A stretch of DNA of 64,000 nt from Leucoraja ocellata (GCA_036785375.1 JAWMAR010000253.1:2170001-2234000); one strand, 5' to 3'. Shown: positions 1 through 14,700, numbered from the stretch's first letter. Numbers and translations: made by a program. The notes: generated from the letters alone by a model not told the origin.

Positions 1-534
1 GTTAGTCGAGTGTAATTTTCCGTTTGTAAATGTGTTTACTCTGCTCAAGCATATTCCATGATGTCCTAATATATCATTATAAACTGCATTTCGTTGTCTC
101 CACTGCATTTCGTTGTCTCTGTACTGTACACTGACAATGACAATTAAAGTTGAATCTGAATCTAAATCCTTGCAATTTTTCAGCTATTAACACCAAGGTG
201 GTCAGTTTCTCTCTCCTTTCTTAAATAATGGATTCATAATCAGCAGGATTCAATTTGCAGAAAATCGCAATCTATAGAATTTAGAAAAGCGGTAAGTGGA
301 GCATCCGCTATTTATAGGTCACCTATTTCAAAACTTTGTGGCTCAGATTCTTAGAATTTATTGGTGGTCAGGCACGTCTAAAAGGACGGACCTACAGGAA
401 GAGATGAGAAAGAATTACTTTAGTCAGAGGATGATGAATCTGTAATTCATTGCTGCAGAAGACATGGAGGCCACGTCAATGGATGTGTTTAAGCTGGAGA
501 TTGATAGGTTGATTAGTATGGGTGTCGGGTTATA

Positions 535-2330
535 AACCATATAAACATATAACAATTACAGCACGGAAACAGGCCATCTCGACCCTTCTAGTCCGTGCCG
601 AACACATAATCTCCCCTAGTCCCATATACCTGCGCTCAGACCATAACCCTCCATTCCCTTCCCATCCATATAACTATCCAATTTATTTTTAAATCATAAA
701 AACGAACCTGCCTCCACCACCTTCACTGGAAGCTCATTCCACACAGCCACCACTCTCTGAGTAAAGAAGTTCCCCCTCATGTTACCCCTAAACTTCAGTC
801 CCTTCATTCTCATGTCATGTCCCCTTGTTTGAATCTTCCCTACTCTCAGTGGGAAAAGCTTTTCCACGTCAACTCTGTCTATCCCTCTCATCATTTTAAA
901 AACCTCTATCAAGTCCCCCCTTAACCTTCTGCGCTCCAAAGAATAAAGCCCTAACTTGTTCAACCTTTCTCTGTAACTTAGTTGCTGAAACCCAGGCAAC
1001 ATTCTAGTAAATCTCCTCTGTACTCTCTCTATTTTGTTGACATCCTTCCTATAATTAGGCGACCAAAATTGTACACCATACTCCAGAATTGGCCTCACCA
1101 ATGCCTTGTACAATTTTAACATTACATCCCAACTTCTATACTCAATGCTCTGATTTATAAAGGCCAGCACACCAAAAGCTTTCTTTACCACCCTATCTAC
1201 ATGAGATTCCACTTTCAGGGAACTGTGCACAGTTATTCCCAGATCCCTCTTTTCACCTACATTCTTCAATTCCCTACCATTTACCATGTACATCCTATTT
1301 TGATTTGTCCTGCCAAGATGTAGCACCTCACACTTATCAGCATTAAACTCCATCTGCCATCTTTCAGCCCACTCTTCCAACTGGCATAAATCTCTCTGTA
1401 GACTTTGAAACTCTACTTCATTACCCGCAACCCCACCTATCTTAGTATCATCTGCATACTTACTAATCCAATTTACCACACCATCATCCAGATCATTGAT
1501 GTACATGACAAACAACAGTGGACCCAACACAGATCCCTGTGGCACCCCACTCGTCACTGGCCTCCAACCTGACAAACAACCATCCACCATTACTATCTGG
1601 CATCTCCCATTCAGCCACTGTTGAATCCATCTTGCTACTCCACCATTAATACCCAACCATTGAACCTTCTTAACCAACCTTCCATGAGGAACCTTGTCAA
1701 AGGCCTTACTGAAGTCCATATACACAACATCCACTGCTTTACCCTCATCAATTTCCCGAGTAACATCTTCAAAAAATTCAAGAAGATTAGTTAAACATGA
1801 CCTTCCAGGCACAAATCCATGTTGACTGTTCCTAATCAGACCCTGTTTATCCAGATGCTTATATATATTATCTCTAAGTATTCTTTCCATTAATTTGCCC
1901 ACCACTGACGTCAAACTAACAGGTCTATAATTGCTAGGTTTACTCTTAGACCCCTTTTTAAACAATGGAACAACATGCGCAGTACGCCAATCCTCCGGCA
2001 CTATTCCCGTTTCTAATGACATTTGAAATATTTCTGCCATAGCCCCTGCTATTTCTACACTAACTTCCTTCAATGTCCTAGGGAATATCCTGTCCGGACC
2101 TGGAGACTTATCCACTTTTATATTTCTCAAAAGTGTCAGTACTTCCTCTTCTTTGATCCTCATAGTTTCCATAGCTACTCTACTTGTTTCCCTTACCTCA
2201 CATAATTCAATATCCTTCTCCTTGGTGAATACCGAAGAAAAGAAACTGTTCAATATCTCCCCCATCTCTTTTGGCTCTGCAGATAGTTGTCCACTCTGAC
2301 TCTCTAATGGACCAATTTTATCCCTCGTTA
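535..2330 (-). mobile_element. CR1 LINE family A, 5'-truncated, open RT region
   Basis: KSPGPD, NYRPVSLTS, DFSKAFDKVPH, GVPQGSVLGP, YADD; 3' tail (ATATGGTT)n at about 535-550. Confidence 0.95.
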
Positions 2331-3917
2331 TGGTAGAGAAGGCAGGAGAATGGTGTTGAGAGTGAAAGAAAGATCCGCCACGATTGGATGGCAGAGTAGT
2401 CCCGAATGGCCTAATTATGCTCCTATGCCTAATGAACACTCCTTCGGTATATGATTTTATGAACACAATATCCTCCTTTCTCACTTGACGTGGTTCGTTG
2501 GTATTACTAGCATGCTTACCTCCGCGATAGGATTCGCAATGTATTTGCTTTATTTCACTCAATAAATTCCACTCTCGGCCTGTGTGAGGGGACCCTATCT
2601 ACCTTGACCTTTCTTTACACAAGAGCAGAAGACAGAAGAAGATCGTTGAGAGGCATTGTGATGCATGGTTGCCACTTCTTTCTGCATTTGAGTTGAGTTT
2701 ATTGTCACGTGTACAATGAAAAGCTATTTTGCGTGCTACCAGCCAGCGAATAGACCACATTAAGATAATCAAGCCATTCACAGTATACAGATACATGATA
2801 TAAAGGGGATAACATTTAGTGCAACATAAATCTGATTAAAGATAGTTCATGGGTCTTCAATGAAGTAGATGGTAGCTCAGGATCGCCTGTTGGGAGGATA
2901 GTTCGGTTGCCTGATAACATTTCTTTAATCCATGGCTAACAATGCAGATGCCTAAAACTTTTTTCATTGTTCCATGATTTTTTTTAAATATATATATTTT
3001 TGTAATTGTATTGTTATATATACAGTTGCTGTATTTTGATATTAAATCATGCCAATGCTGACATTTGATGAGGTTGTACCATTCAAGATTTAGCCTCACA
3101 GACCCAATTTGATTTGGGGAATATGTATGATGATATAATTTCCTGTGCATTGTGTAGAGTTGCTCTGAAGACAATTTGGTGCTGGGAGAGCCTCCTTCTC
3201 CAAATCTGAAGGCTCAAATTTGCTACCATGGCTTTGGCTCTAAGTCGCAGACAAAATTTGACCAAACACTAAATTTGACCAAACAGTCTGAAGAAGGATG
3301 TCGACCCGAAACATCACGGATTCCTTCTCTCCAGTGAAGCTGCATGTCCTGTTGAGTTACTCCAGCATTTTGTCCAAACAGTAGTTGTTCCACTGGTATT
3401 CCATCACTCCAGAGCAGTATACCGTGAAGAATTCCCAGAACAGTGTTGTTTCTGGGTGCTCTTTGTACAATCGACTGAGGCACATTTTATTGAAAGCCAC
3501 ACTGAACTAAAATGCTTTGTTGAATGAGAACACATTTGGGTTGGCAAAGAAATAGCCTTGCACAGATAAATAGCTTTGTTTAAAAAAAAGTTTACTTCGA
3601 AATTAAATAAAATCTAACTTCATGCACATAGGCACAATAGTTGAAACAAACAGGAAATGGTGGAAATACACAGCAGTTGACAGCTTTTAATCAACAAAAC
3701 CACAATCTGTAGCAGTGGTTTGCTTCACGGTGCTGTTGCTTGCTCGGTGTTCAGTAAGATCATGGCCCATCTGAATTCACCTTTACCCCTACTCTCCTTA
3801 GTTTGGAGATACAGCATGGAAACTATTCCTTCAGCCCACTGAGTTTGAATTCAAGTTCAAGTTCCCATTTATTCTCACATGCACTAATTAAGGTGCAGTG
3901 ATATTTGACTTACCCTA

Positions 3918-4905
3918 CATAGAAACATAGAAAATAGGTGCAGGAGGAGTCCATTCGGCCCTTCGAGCCAGCACCGCCATTCATTGTGATCATGGCTAAT
4001 CGTCCCCTATCAATAACCCGTGCCTGCCTTCTCCCCATATCCCTTGACTCCGCTAGCCCCTAGATCTCTATCTAACTCTCTCTTAAATCCATCCAGTGAC
4101 TTGGCCTCCACTGCCCTCTGTGGCAGGGAATTCCATAAATTCACAACTCTCTGGGTGAAAAAGCTTTTTCTCACCTCAACCTTAAATGACCTCCCCTTTA
4201 TTCTAAGACTGTGGCCCCTGGTTCTGGACTCGCCCAACATTGGGAATTTTTTTTTCCTGCATCTAGCTTGTCCAGTTCTTTTATAATTTTATATGTTTCT
4301 ATAAGGTAACCCCCTCATCCTTCTAAACTCCAGTGAATACAAGCCTAGTCTTTTCAATCTTTCCTCATATGACAGTCCCTCAATCCCAGGGATGAATCTC
4401 GTGAACCTACGCTGCACTGCCTCAATCACAAGGATGTCCTTCCTCAAATTAGGAGACCAAAACTGGACACAATACTCTAGATGTGGTCTCACCAGAGCCC
4501 TATACAACTGCAGAAGAACCTCTTTACTCCTATACTGAAATTCTCTTGTATGAAGGCCAACATTCCATTAGCTTTCTTCACTGCCTGCTGCACCTGTAAG
4601 CCAACTTTCAGTGACCGGTGTACAAGGACGCCTAGGTCTCGCTGCACCTCCCCATTACCTAACCTAACCCCATTGAGATAATAATCTGCCCCCTTGTTTT
4701 TGCCGTCAAAGTGGATAACCTCACATTTATCTATATTATACTGCATCTGCCACGCATCTGCCCACTCACTCAACCTGTCCTGGTCACCCTGCAACCTCCT
4801 AACATCCTCTTCACAGTTCGCACTGCCACCCAGCTTTGTGTCAGCCGCAAACTTGCTAGTGTTGCTCTTAATTCCCTCTTCCAAATCTTAATTCCCTCTT
4901 CCAAT
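3918..4905 (-). mobile_element. CR1 family B 3' fragment (frameshifted)
   Basis: SKFAADTKLGG...[13 protein letters not shown]...VVNLWNSLP; (TTTCTATG)n tail; ttaattccctcttccaa duplicated at the 5' junction. Confidence 0.9.
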
Positions 4906-5566
4906 ACAGCCATACCAAGTGAAAAGCAACAATACACACAGTGACATAAAATAAAATTGAACATAATCATCCACCACAGCATAATCCACATTCCTCACTG
5001 TGATGGAAGGTAATAAAGTGCAATCATCTTCCTCCTTTCTTCACCCGTGGTCGGGGTTGAACCCTCCGCACTCGCCACTGCCGACGGTCTGATGTCCGAA
5101 CCCCTCGCGTTGGGATGATCGAAACTCCGGGGTCGGCACGGATTGGAACACTCCACGGCGTGCTGCTCCCGTGTCGGCCTCTGCTTACTGGAGACCGCAG
5201 GCTTCATGGTGTTAAGGTCCACAGGCCTCGTGGTTGGAGCTCCTTCACAGGCGATCCTCAGCAGTGGATCGCAGGCTCCTTTGATGTTAAAGTCCACGAC
5301 GGAAACCACGGCATCACCTCCATGTCTCTATTTCACCGAGTTCCCTCCTTAGAAATTATGGTCTTGCTGTGTATTCCCAACATTTCCTACTTGAATTTCT
5401 CCCATTTGCCTTGGCCTGGTAAACAATGATCCAGTTGTAAACAAGTTCCAGGTCTCTGCCCCCAACAAACAAGCCATTCGGGTCGGTTATTAGTATTGCA
5501 GCAAGCAGTTTCAACGCAAAACGCAGACGTGCAATTCAAGGCGTAATTCAAGCTGGGGGTTAAATT

Positions 5567-5731
5567 TCATGTATCAGATGATAAACGGTGGGCAGAGAGC
5601 GCCTTTCCCTCATTCGGTCTTGCCCCCGCAGGGTCCAGATTGGGGTTGAATTTTATCTCATCGTATATCGTGGTAAGCTGTGCCTTTCGATTTTGCTCTC
5701 CTCCACTGGCATCCAGTTCACGTAAATGTCT
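5567..5731 (-). CDS. Terminal coding exon with ITSM (TTIYDEI)
   Basis: Acceptor ctttcctttcaagccacag|AGA, phase 0; RHLRELDASGGEQNRKAQLTTIYDEIKFNPNLDPAGARPNEGKALSAHRLSSDT*. Confidence 0.75.
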   Translation of the reverse strand, partial: RHLRELDASGGEQNRKAQLTTIYDEIKFNPNLDPAGARPNEGKALSAHRLSSDT

Positions 5732-8700
5732 CTGTGGCTTGAAAGGAAAGATTGTCAATGGACCGTGTGTTTAGATCTGGTGTTTATGTGACTCGGGCTT
5801 GTAATGCATGGTGCAGGGAATAGTGCAGAGGATAGTTTTAGAGTACAAGGCAGTTTACAGACATGAAGAGAGATCTTGGCACTGGGAGATATAGTTTTGT
5901 GCGGTTATAAATTCTGAAATGCCTGGTGAAAGAGATGATGTGTTCTGAAGTAACATAGAAGGAATTTTCTCATGTTTAGAAACATAGAAAATAGATGCAG
6001 GAGTAGGCCATTCGGCCCTTCGAGCCTGCCCCGCCATTCAATATGATCATGGCTTTAGTGGCTTTTGTACCACAAGACATGCAGAGCAAGGGCTGCAGAC
6101 TTCTGAGTGTTATGGTCATCTCTGTCTTGTGAACTCTGCAGGGAGTGTACTTTACGGTAATACAGAGTTCGCTATCATGGATGAAGCTTTGTGCTGGAGG
6201 ACTAGCTATGGGAAGGCTGCTGTCTCAGGGTCATCGACAGCAACTACCGTCTGGTAAAACTGGCTGCTCTATACAATGTTTTGGTTAAATTTCTGAGAAT
6301 CACTTGCGCACATTTTTATTCACACCAAGTGTCGCATGGAACCGCAGTGGACACAAAATGCTACCGCATCTACAGTCAGGGTCCAAACCACATTGAGTTG
6401 AACGATCTAAACCTCGCCTCGCTAAATGGACAAAGTATTTTGAACATTTTTTTAAATACTTTTATGTTCCATGACGACTTAGCCCCTGCTTGCCTGCAGT
6501 TTCTATTAGCCCTATAATCCCTCCAAAAACCGTCATCCTTGGCCTTGCGAACACCCACAATTTAATCTTTATTCTTGGCACATTCTATCCACTGTGAAAG
6601 CAACAACTTCTGGAATTCCTTCCCTCCCTTATTGAAACACTCGCTAAAATCTAACCATCTAAGCTTTTGTTATCTTTCAGTGACACAGTGACAGTTTTAG
6701 GTTATTAACACTATGATATTTCTTTGGACATTTCGCTACATTTTGGTTTTTAATTTTCCATACTCCATTCATCTTTTAACGGTCTTTCTGGTAACTCTTT
6801 CATTCAGCTTGGGTAATAAAGCCTCGTATTCAGAAGGTACACAAAAAAGCTGGAGAAACTCAGCGGGTGCAGCAGCATCTATGGAGCGAAGGAAATAGGC
6901 AACGTTTCGGGCCAAAACCCTTCTTCAGACTGATCGGGAGCGGGGACAAGAAAGGACAAAGGAGGAGGCGCCCGAAGGCTGGGGGATGGGAGGAGACAGC
7001 AGGGGGACTGAGGAAGGGGAGGAGACAGCAAGGACTAACAAAATTGGGAGAATTCGATGTTCCTGCCCCAGGATGCAGACTCCCCAAACGGAATATGAGG
7101 TGCTGTTCCTCCAATTTCCGGTGCTGCTCGCTGTGGCCATGGAGGAGACCCAGGACAGAGAGGTCGGAGACGGAGTGGGAGGGGGAGTTGAAGTGCTGAG
7201 CCACCGGGAGGTCAGCTTGGTTATTGCGGACCGAGCGGAGGTGTTCGGCGAAACGATCGCCCAACCTCCGCTTGGTCTCACCGATATAGATCTGCTGACA
7301 TCTAGAGCAGCGGACGCAATAGATGAGGTTGGAAGAGATGCAGGTAAACCTCTGTCGCACCTGGAACGATTGCTTGGGTCCTTGAACGGAGTCGAGGGGG
7401 GAGGTAAAGGGACAAGTGTTGCATCTCTTGCGGTTGCAAAGGAAAGTGCCCAGGGAGATGGTGGTACGAGAGGGAAGGGAAGAATTGACAAGGGAGTTAT
7501 GGAGGGAGCGGTCTTTGCAGAAGGCAGATATGGGGGGAGATGGGAAGATGTGGCGAGTGGTGGGGTCACGTTGGAGGTGGCGAAACTGACGGAGGATTAC
7601 TTTTTGTATGTGACGGCTGGTGGGGTGAAAGGTGAGGACTAGGGGGACTCGGCCCTTGTTGCGAGTGGGGGGATGGGGAGAGAGAGCAGTGTTGCGGGGT
7701 ATGGAAGAGACCCTGGTGCGAGCCTCATTTATGGTGGAGGAGGGGAACCCCCGTTCCCTGAATAATGAGGACATTTCAGATGTCCTGGTGTGGAACGCCT
7801 CATCCGTGGAGCAGATGCGGCGTAGACGGAGGAATTGGGAGTAGGGGATAGAGTCCTTACAGGAAGCAGGGTGGGAAGAAGTGTAGTCCAGATTCAGATC
7901 GTATTCAGATGTTAGTGCGGTAGTAGTAATGCCCAAATAATTAGATGAGATTGAAACGGGCGCGGTTAGATTCATGAGATCATGAACGCAGCCGAAACAC
8001 TTAACGTGCAACAGAGAGAGAGAGAGAACTATGAGAGAACAATTCCCAGGGAAGCAGAAGCAGAACTAGGAGCAAACTGTCAGAAAAGTTTAACTGCAAC
8101 AGAAGCTAAATGAGGAAGTGAGAAAACACATAAAAACAAATGTGGAAAGCCACAGAAATACAAATAGTATTACAACAAGGGTTAAACATTTGTGAAATGT
8201 GAGAACAATGGAGACAAAGGTAGAGCCACAAGGAATTGCGGATGTTGGAATCTTGAACAAAACACAAAAGTACTGAAGGAACTGGAGTGACAAAGGCATA
8301 TATGCAGCAATCTCATGGGATTGGATGGAATTTTTTCTGCTGATCATAATGACGAGCAGAATCAAACTGTATAAGAGTATCTCTGGAGAAGAGTCTCAAC
8401 CCGAAACGTCACCTATTCCTTTTCTCTACAGATGCTGCTTGACCCGCTGAGTTACTCCAGCATTTTGTATCCATCTTCAATATAAAGCCTCTCTTGCACC
8501 CCATCTAATCTGGCCTCCAGGGATTTGTGAAATTGCCCATAATGAGGCTCTTAGTGAATCAGGGATGAAACAACCCTTAATGACTTAATCACCCAAAAAC
8601 TCAACAACAAAAAAATGCCTTATTGGCTCAATCAATGGGTTCTGGGATTACATCATTTTTTTCAGTTATTTTTTCTGAATCTGGGCCTCACTGACAAAGC

Positions 8701-11700
8701 CCATCGTTAATTGCCCTTGAGAAGGTAGTGGAGAACTGCGTTCTTGTACAACAAATTGTCATTCCGAAACCTGCTTAAAAATTATCCACGTAAAGTGAGT
8801 CAGGAATCACAGATTGTTGGGACCAGAGAAGGGCAGGAGATTTCCATCTCAACAGGGTTTTTTTGGACCAGAATGTTTTTTTTATGACAATCATTACCAG
8901 AATTCGTTTTTTTTTAATATAAATTCCAGAATTTGTTCTTCCTTCTGGCACAATAATTAATTGAAAGAAAGGCAATAATCATTTTATGTCCCAACTATGT
9001 AAACTGGTTACCCTGGTTTGCCTGTGTAGCACAATGGTTATCAATTAGTATGAAGGCAATGGNNNNNNNNNNNNNNNNNNNNNNNNNNNNNNNNNNNNNN
9101 NNNNNNNNNNNNNNNNNNNNNNNNNNNNNNNNNNNNNNNNNNNNNNNNNNNNNNNNNNNNNNNNNNNNNNNNNNNNNNNNNNNNNNNNNNNNNNNNNNNN
9201 NNNNNNNNNNNNNNNNNNNNNNNNNNNNNNNNNNNNNNNNNNNNNNNNNNNNNNNNNNNNNNGTGGTGAATCTGTGGAACTCATTGCCACAGAGAGCTGT
9301 GGAGGCCAAGTCAGTGGATATTTTTAAGGCAGAGATAGATCATTTTTTGATTAGAATGGGTGTCATGGGTTGTGAGAAGGTAGGAAAATGGGATTAGGAG
9401 GCACAGATCAGCCACGATTGAATGGCGGAGTAGTCTCGATGGGCCGAATGGCCTAATTCTACTCCTAAAACGTGTGAAAAGTCTGACTGACGAGACAGCC
9501 ACAATGGGCATCCCTGCCAAGGTTCACCATATCCTCAGGCAATCATTCCCCCACCCATTGGTATTGTCACCTCGGTGCATCCATAGACCACCAGGGGAGA
9601 GGTATCCAGTTTCTGTCATTACAATCAAAGTTGCACATTGGATATTGGACAGACAGAGAATCATTTTCTCTCAAGAGTGTTTATTTGTCATATGAATCAG
9701 AAGCAACAAAATTCTTAAGCTGCAGCTTGACAAACACATTAGATGTAACAACACAAATAAATACCGGTATATAAAAAAATATTATTTACTTTAAGTAAAC
9801 TAATAAAAGCCTGTCTGAAACACATGTCTGAAGAAGGGTCTCGATTCAAAATGTCATCTATTCCTTTTCTCTATAGATGCTCTCTGACCACTTAATTACT
9901 CCAGCTTTTTGCGTCTAACTTTAGTAAAAAAATTAAGTATGTCGAGGGTCCATAGTAGTGCAAATTCCTGGTGTCGGGTGCTGAGGTCGGGTCATGCAAG
10001 GTGGTTCCTGTTCTTGTTTTCTTGGTTCTTGGTTTCTTGGTCCTCCAAAATATTCCAAATGGAATTTAAACTGGAGGTGGTGAAGGGAGGGATGAAAGGG
10101 TTGAAAGGGTGATGAGAAGAAGCTGTCCTTGAAACTGGAGGTAATGGTTCCCAGTCCTCTGCACCTCATATCATCAGAAATAAGCTAAGCATGGCGGAGT
10201 TCTGTTAGTCAAGGGAAAACAAAAGTGGGATTACTCTTTGCACCAGAGTCACCTCTGGGCAACATGCCAACCCAATCTAGTGAATTGACATTACGCTATT
10301 TGGTTTGAAACTCCAGAATCTTCGCTCCAAAGGATTTGTTCATCATCCAAAAATGTTGGAGTAACTCAGCGGGCAGGGAGAATCTCCGGTAAGAAGGAAT
10401 AGGTGATGTTTCAGGTCAAGACCCTTCTTGGGCTTGTACACGCTAGAATTTAGAAGATTGAAGGGGGGATCTTATAGAAACGTACAAAATTCTTAAGGGG
10501 TTGGACAGGCTAGATGCAGAAAGATTATTCCCGATGTTGGGGAAGTCCAGAACAAGGAGTCACAGTTTAAGGATAAGGGGGAAATCTTTTAGGACCGAGA
10601 TGAGAAAATCATTTTTTACACAGAGAGTGGTGAATCTCTGGAATTCTCTGCCACAGAAGGTAGTTGAGGCCAGTTCATTGACTATATTTGAGAGGGAGTT
10701 AGATGTGGCCCTTGTGGCTAAAGGGATCAGGGGGTATGGAGAGAAGGCAGGTACAGGATACTGAGTTAAATGATCAGCCATGATCATATTGAATGGCGGT
10801 GCAGGCTCGAAGGGCCGAATGGCCTACTCCTGCACCTATTTTCTATGTTTCTATGTTCACTGTGAAGAGGGACCTTGACCAAAACATCACCTATTCCTTT
10901 TCTCCAGAGATGCTGCCTGGCCCGCTGAGTTACTCAAGCATTTTGTGTCCATCTCCGTTGTCACCTAGCATCTGCAGTTCCTTCCTACACACCAGTGAAT
11001 TATCTGTGCTGGATGTAGAGGGAGAGTTACAGCAGCGTTGTAGCAGAGAAACTAGATCTAGCATCACACCTTTCAGCTTAGACAGCAAGAACAACAGAGA
11101 TGAGAGCAGATTTGATCAGTTGTAAAAGTTACATTCTGTTAGTGTCAACTATTGCAGAAAGAGCAGGAGATAAAACATGAAAGAGTTACTCTGAGCGTGG
11201 GAAAGAATGGTTTCACAGACTACGCGTTGAGTCTTTATACAATTTCACCCATGCTACCATGAGACAATAGGCAGAAAATGCTGGAGAAACTCAGCGGGAC
11301 AGGCAGCATCTCTGGACAAAAGGAACCAGTCTGAAGAAAGACCTCAACCCATTCCTTCTCTCCAGAGATGCTGCCTGTCCCGCTGAGTTACTTCAGCATT
11401 TTGTGCCTCTCTTTGGTTTAAACCAGCAGCTGCAGTTCCTTCCTACACAAGAGAGCATCTCTGGAGAAAAAGGATAGATGACATTTCGAATTAGGGTCCT
11501 ATCCCGAAACATCACCCATCTGTTCTCTCCAGAGATGCTGCCTGACCCACTGAGTTACCTCAGCATTTTATGTCTATCGGCAGCAGCTTACCTGGGCTTG
11601 CATTGGGTGGTACATAATTGAATAATCTTTTCTCATGTCCTATCCAACACGTGGGATGTAGATTTTCCCGCTGAGTTGCTCCAGCACTTTGTGACTATCT

Positions 11701-14700
11701 TTGGTATAAACCAGCATCTGCAGTTCCTTCCTACACACTAATGCCCCTGTCCCACTTAGGAAACCTGAACGGAGACCTCTGGAGACTTTGTGCCCCACCC
11801 AAGATTTCCGTGCGGTTCCCGGAGGTTTTTGTCAGTCTCCCTACTTGCTTCCACTACCTGCAACCACCTGAAACCTCCGGGAACCGCACGGAAACCTTGG
11901 GTGGGACGCAAAGTCTCCAGTGGTTTCCGTTCAGGTTTCCTAAGTGGGACAGGGGCATTAGGCTGCTGTTGATATGTGTGGAGCAGGGCATTTGGGATCA
12001 CTCAGTGGGAGAGAGGGTGCAGGGTCGGGAGATCGATGGGTAACTCAAGTAAGGTGGGGGGTAGAGAGCTTGTTCAGTGTTCAGGGTTGGTACCTGGAGA
12101 ATAAAGGGGGTGAGTTGCAAGGTGAAGAAGAGGCTGAATATCAGCACCTGACAGGGGCCCCACCTGCGTCTGAACCTATACAGGAAGGTATAGTTGAAGT
12201 CAATCAGAAGAAAGACGGACAGGTACTGTGAAAGCCTCTTGAAATGCAGCTGAAGATAGACTGGTGAAGCTGAATTCTGAAGGAGATCTCAAAGACTGCA
12301 AACCATTCTAAAGTGAGTCAACATGCCAGGAATGGTGTACGTTGGACGCCATAGGTATGCACATACCTGAGGTTCTTTGTGCATCCCACTGAAGATCGCC
12401 TAAGGAACTGGAAGAAGAAGCACAAACTTTGCAAAGCACCATTTTGAGGTCACAGAATAACATGAAAAACACAGCACACAGGATGGAACGTAGGCGTCTC
12501 CCTTCAAAGGCTTTCTTTGAAGATTTGTTCTGCAGAGAAGGTTGGTCGGTCTCTCCGTTTGTGTTTACCAGCAGACAAGGAGCTAAAGCCAAAATACGGT
12601 GACTAACATGAGCCGCCTTGTTGTGAAGGGCCATAACCTGGGATTAGACTGCATGGTTTAAGAAGAAGAATAGTCGAGTACCTGCCTTCATCGTGGTTTG
12701 GTTTTTTCTTCCAGTACATGCAGCCAATGCTAGCTAAGATGATAGCTCCCACCACAATTCCCGCAGTAATCAAGCCAATATGGAGTGCTTCCTGTTGCTT
12801 GACACCTGAAAAAGGATCAACATTCAACTGTGATTGCATTAGTGCGTTAATGCAGAAAAATATAAAATGTACTTTGCTCAAAAATGAGAAATGAAGCTGA
12901 ATGCACTGGTGTGCCGTCTTTTCATCTTTCATTTTATTATTTTTAATGTGTTTTCAAAGTATGTGTTAATGTTCTCTGGTTTGTTTTTTATGTGCGGGTG
13001 AGGGAGGGGGTCGGGGGGAACTTTTTTTCAGTCTCTTACCTTGCCGGAGATGCGGTTGTTTTCCGGATCGTATCTCCAGTCGCTCTGCGGCCCAACATCA
13101 TGGAGCTGGCGGCCTTGCTCGAGTGACTTTGACTTTGAGCCCCAACGTGGGGCCGTGGACTTACCATCGGAGCCTGTGATCCCTTGTGTGGAGGAGCATC
13201 GAGGAGCTCGCAGTCTCGGGTAGAGCCTGATGTCGGGAAGCTCCAAAGTCGCAGGAGGTTCGACCAGCCCCGACCCGGGGTCCGATCGCCCGGCACGGGG
13301 AAGCTGAGATCCCCCCGATGCGCGAGCTTGATCGTCCCTACGCGGAGGGCCGGCTGCCAGCTACGGGAGCCAAGATCGTCCCGACAACGGAAGGCTCGAG
13401 GCCCCCGATCGCAGGAGAACAAAGAATAGAAGAGATTGAACTTTTTTACACCTTCCATCACAGTGAGGAATGTGGAGGAGTCACTGTGGTGGATGTTTAT
13501 GTTCAGATGGATTTTGTATGTTTTGTTGCTTTTTATTTATATGACTGTACGGCAAATCAAATTCCTCGTATGTTGCAAAACATACTTGGCTAATAAAGTA
13601 TGATTATGATGATTACTATGAAGAAACTGTTCTTAAGGAGACCTGCAAGATCAAAATTGCAGCCTGAAGGGTCCCCACACTAAAAGTCACCTATCTATGT
13701 TCTACAGGGATGCTGCCTGACCCACTGGGTTTAGTTTAGTTTAGACCTACAGCGGGGAAACAGGCCCTTCGACCCAATGAGTCCGCACTGACCAGCGACC
13801 CCCCGCACACTAACGCTATGCCACACACAAGTTACAATTATACCAAGCCAAGTAACCTACAAACAAACCAATGCATCTTTGGAATGTGGGAGGAAACCAG
13901 AGATCCTGGAGAAAACGCACTCAGGTCACAGGGAGAACATACAAACTGTGTACAGATAAGCACCCGTAGTCAGGATCGAACCTGGGTCTCTGGCGCTGTG
14001 AGGCAGCAACTCTGCTGCTAGGCCACCATGCCACCCACTGTGCCGTTCCATCACCGTATCTTTTGTTAACCAGAATCTGCAGCTCTTTGCTTCTACATTT
14101 TGTCTGTCAAATTATAACTGGTTTAAACAGTGTATTGAACAATTCCATATCAAAGATTCGGCAACATTTTTACTAATTCACACTCCGGCTTACTAAATCC
14201 AAAAGTTTGAATTTCATTAGACTTTAGACATACAGCGTGGAAACAGGCCCTTCGGCCCAGCAAATCAACGGCAACCCATACACTAGCACGATCCTACAAA
14301 CTAAGGGCAATTTACAATTGCCATAGAGGGAGTACAGAGAAGGTTCACCAGACGGATTCCTGGGATGTCAGGACTTTCTTATGAAGAAAGACTGGATAGA
14401 CTCGGCTTGTACTAGCTAGAATTTAGAAGATTGAGGAGGGATCTTATAGAAACTTACAAAATTCTTAAGGGGTTGGTTGGACAGGCTAGATGCAGGAAGA
14501 TTGTTCCCGATGTTGGGGAAGTCCAGGACAAGGGATCACAGTTTAAGGATAAGGGGGAAATCTTTTAGGACCGAGATGAGAAAAATCATTTTTCACACAG
14601 AGAGTGGTGAATCTCTGGAATTCTCTGCCACAGAGGGCAGTTGAGGCCAGTTCATTGGCTATATTTAAGAGGGAGTTAGATGTGGGCCTTGTGGCTAAAG

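Noticed and set aside
2331-2562. N-terminal ~77 aa of the 622-aa ORF as a novel RT fusion domain
   Set aside because: Read-through from flanking DNA, including an antisense CR1 tail relic, into a 5'-truncated LINE
5855-5922. Acceptor catctctttcaccag giving an alternative end GISEFITAQNYISQCQDLSSCL*
   Set aside because: No signalling motif; the 8944-8898 to 5731 path explains the tail without it
7891-8011. N-terminus of the 383-aa Penelope ORF
   Set aside because: Flanking sequence outside the element; no RT motifs
8995-9397. ORFs spanning N runs (also 61522-62266)
   Set aside because: Artefacts of assembly gaps
9571-9612. Possible extra phase 1-1 cytoplasmic exon (ETGYLSPGGLWMHR)
   Set aside because: Weak acceptor and donor (gtgaca) and not needed for frame; cannot be excluded without RNA data
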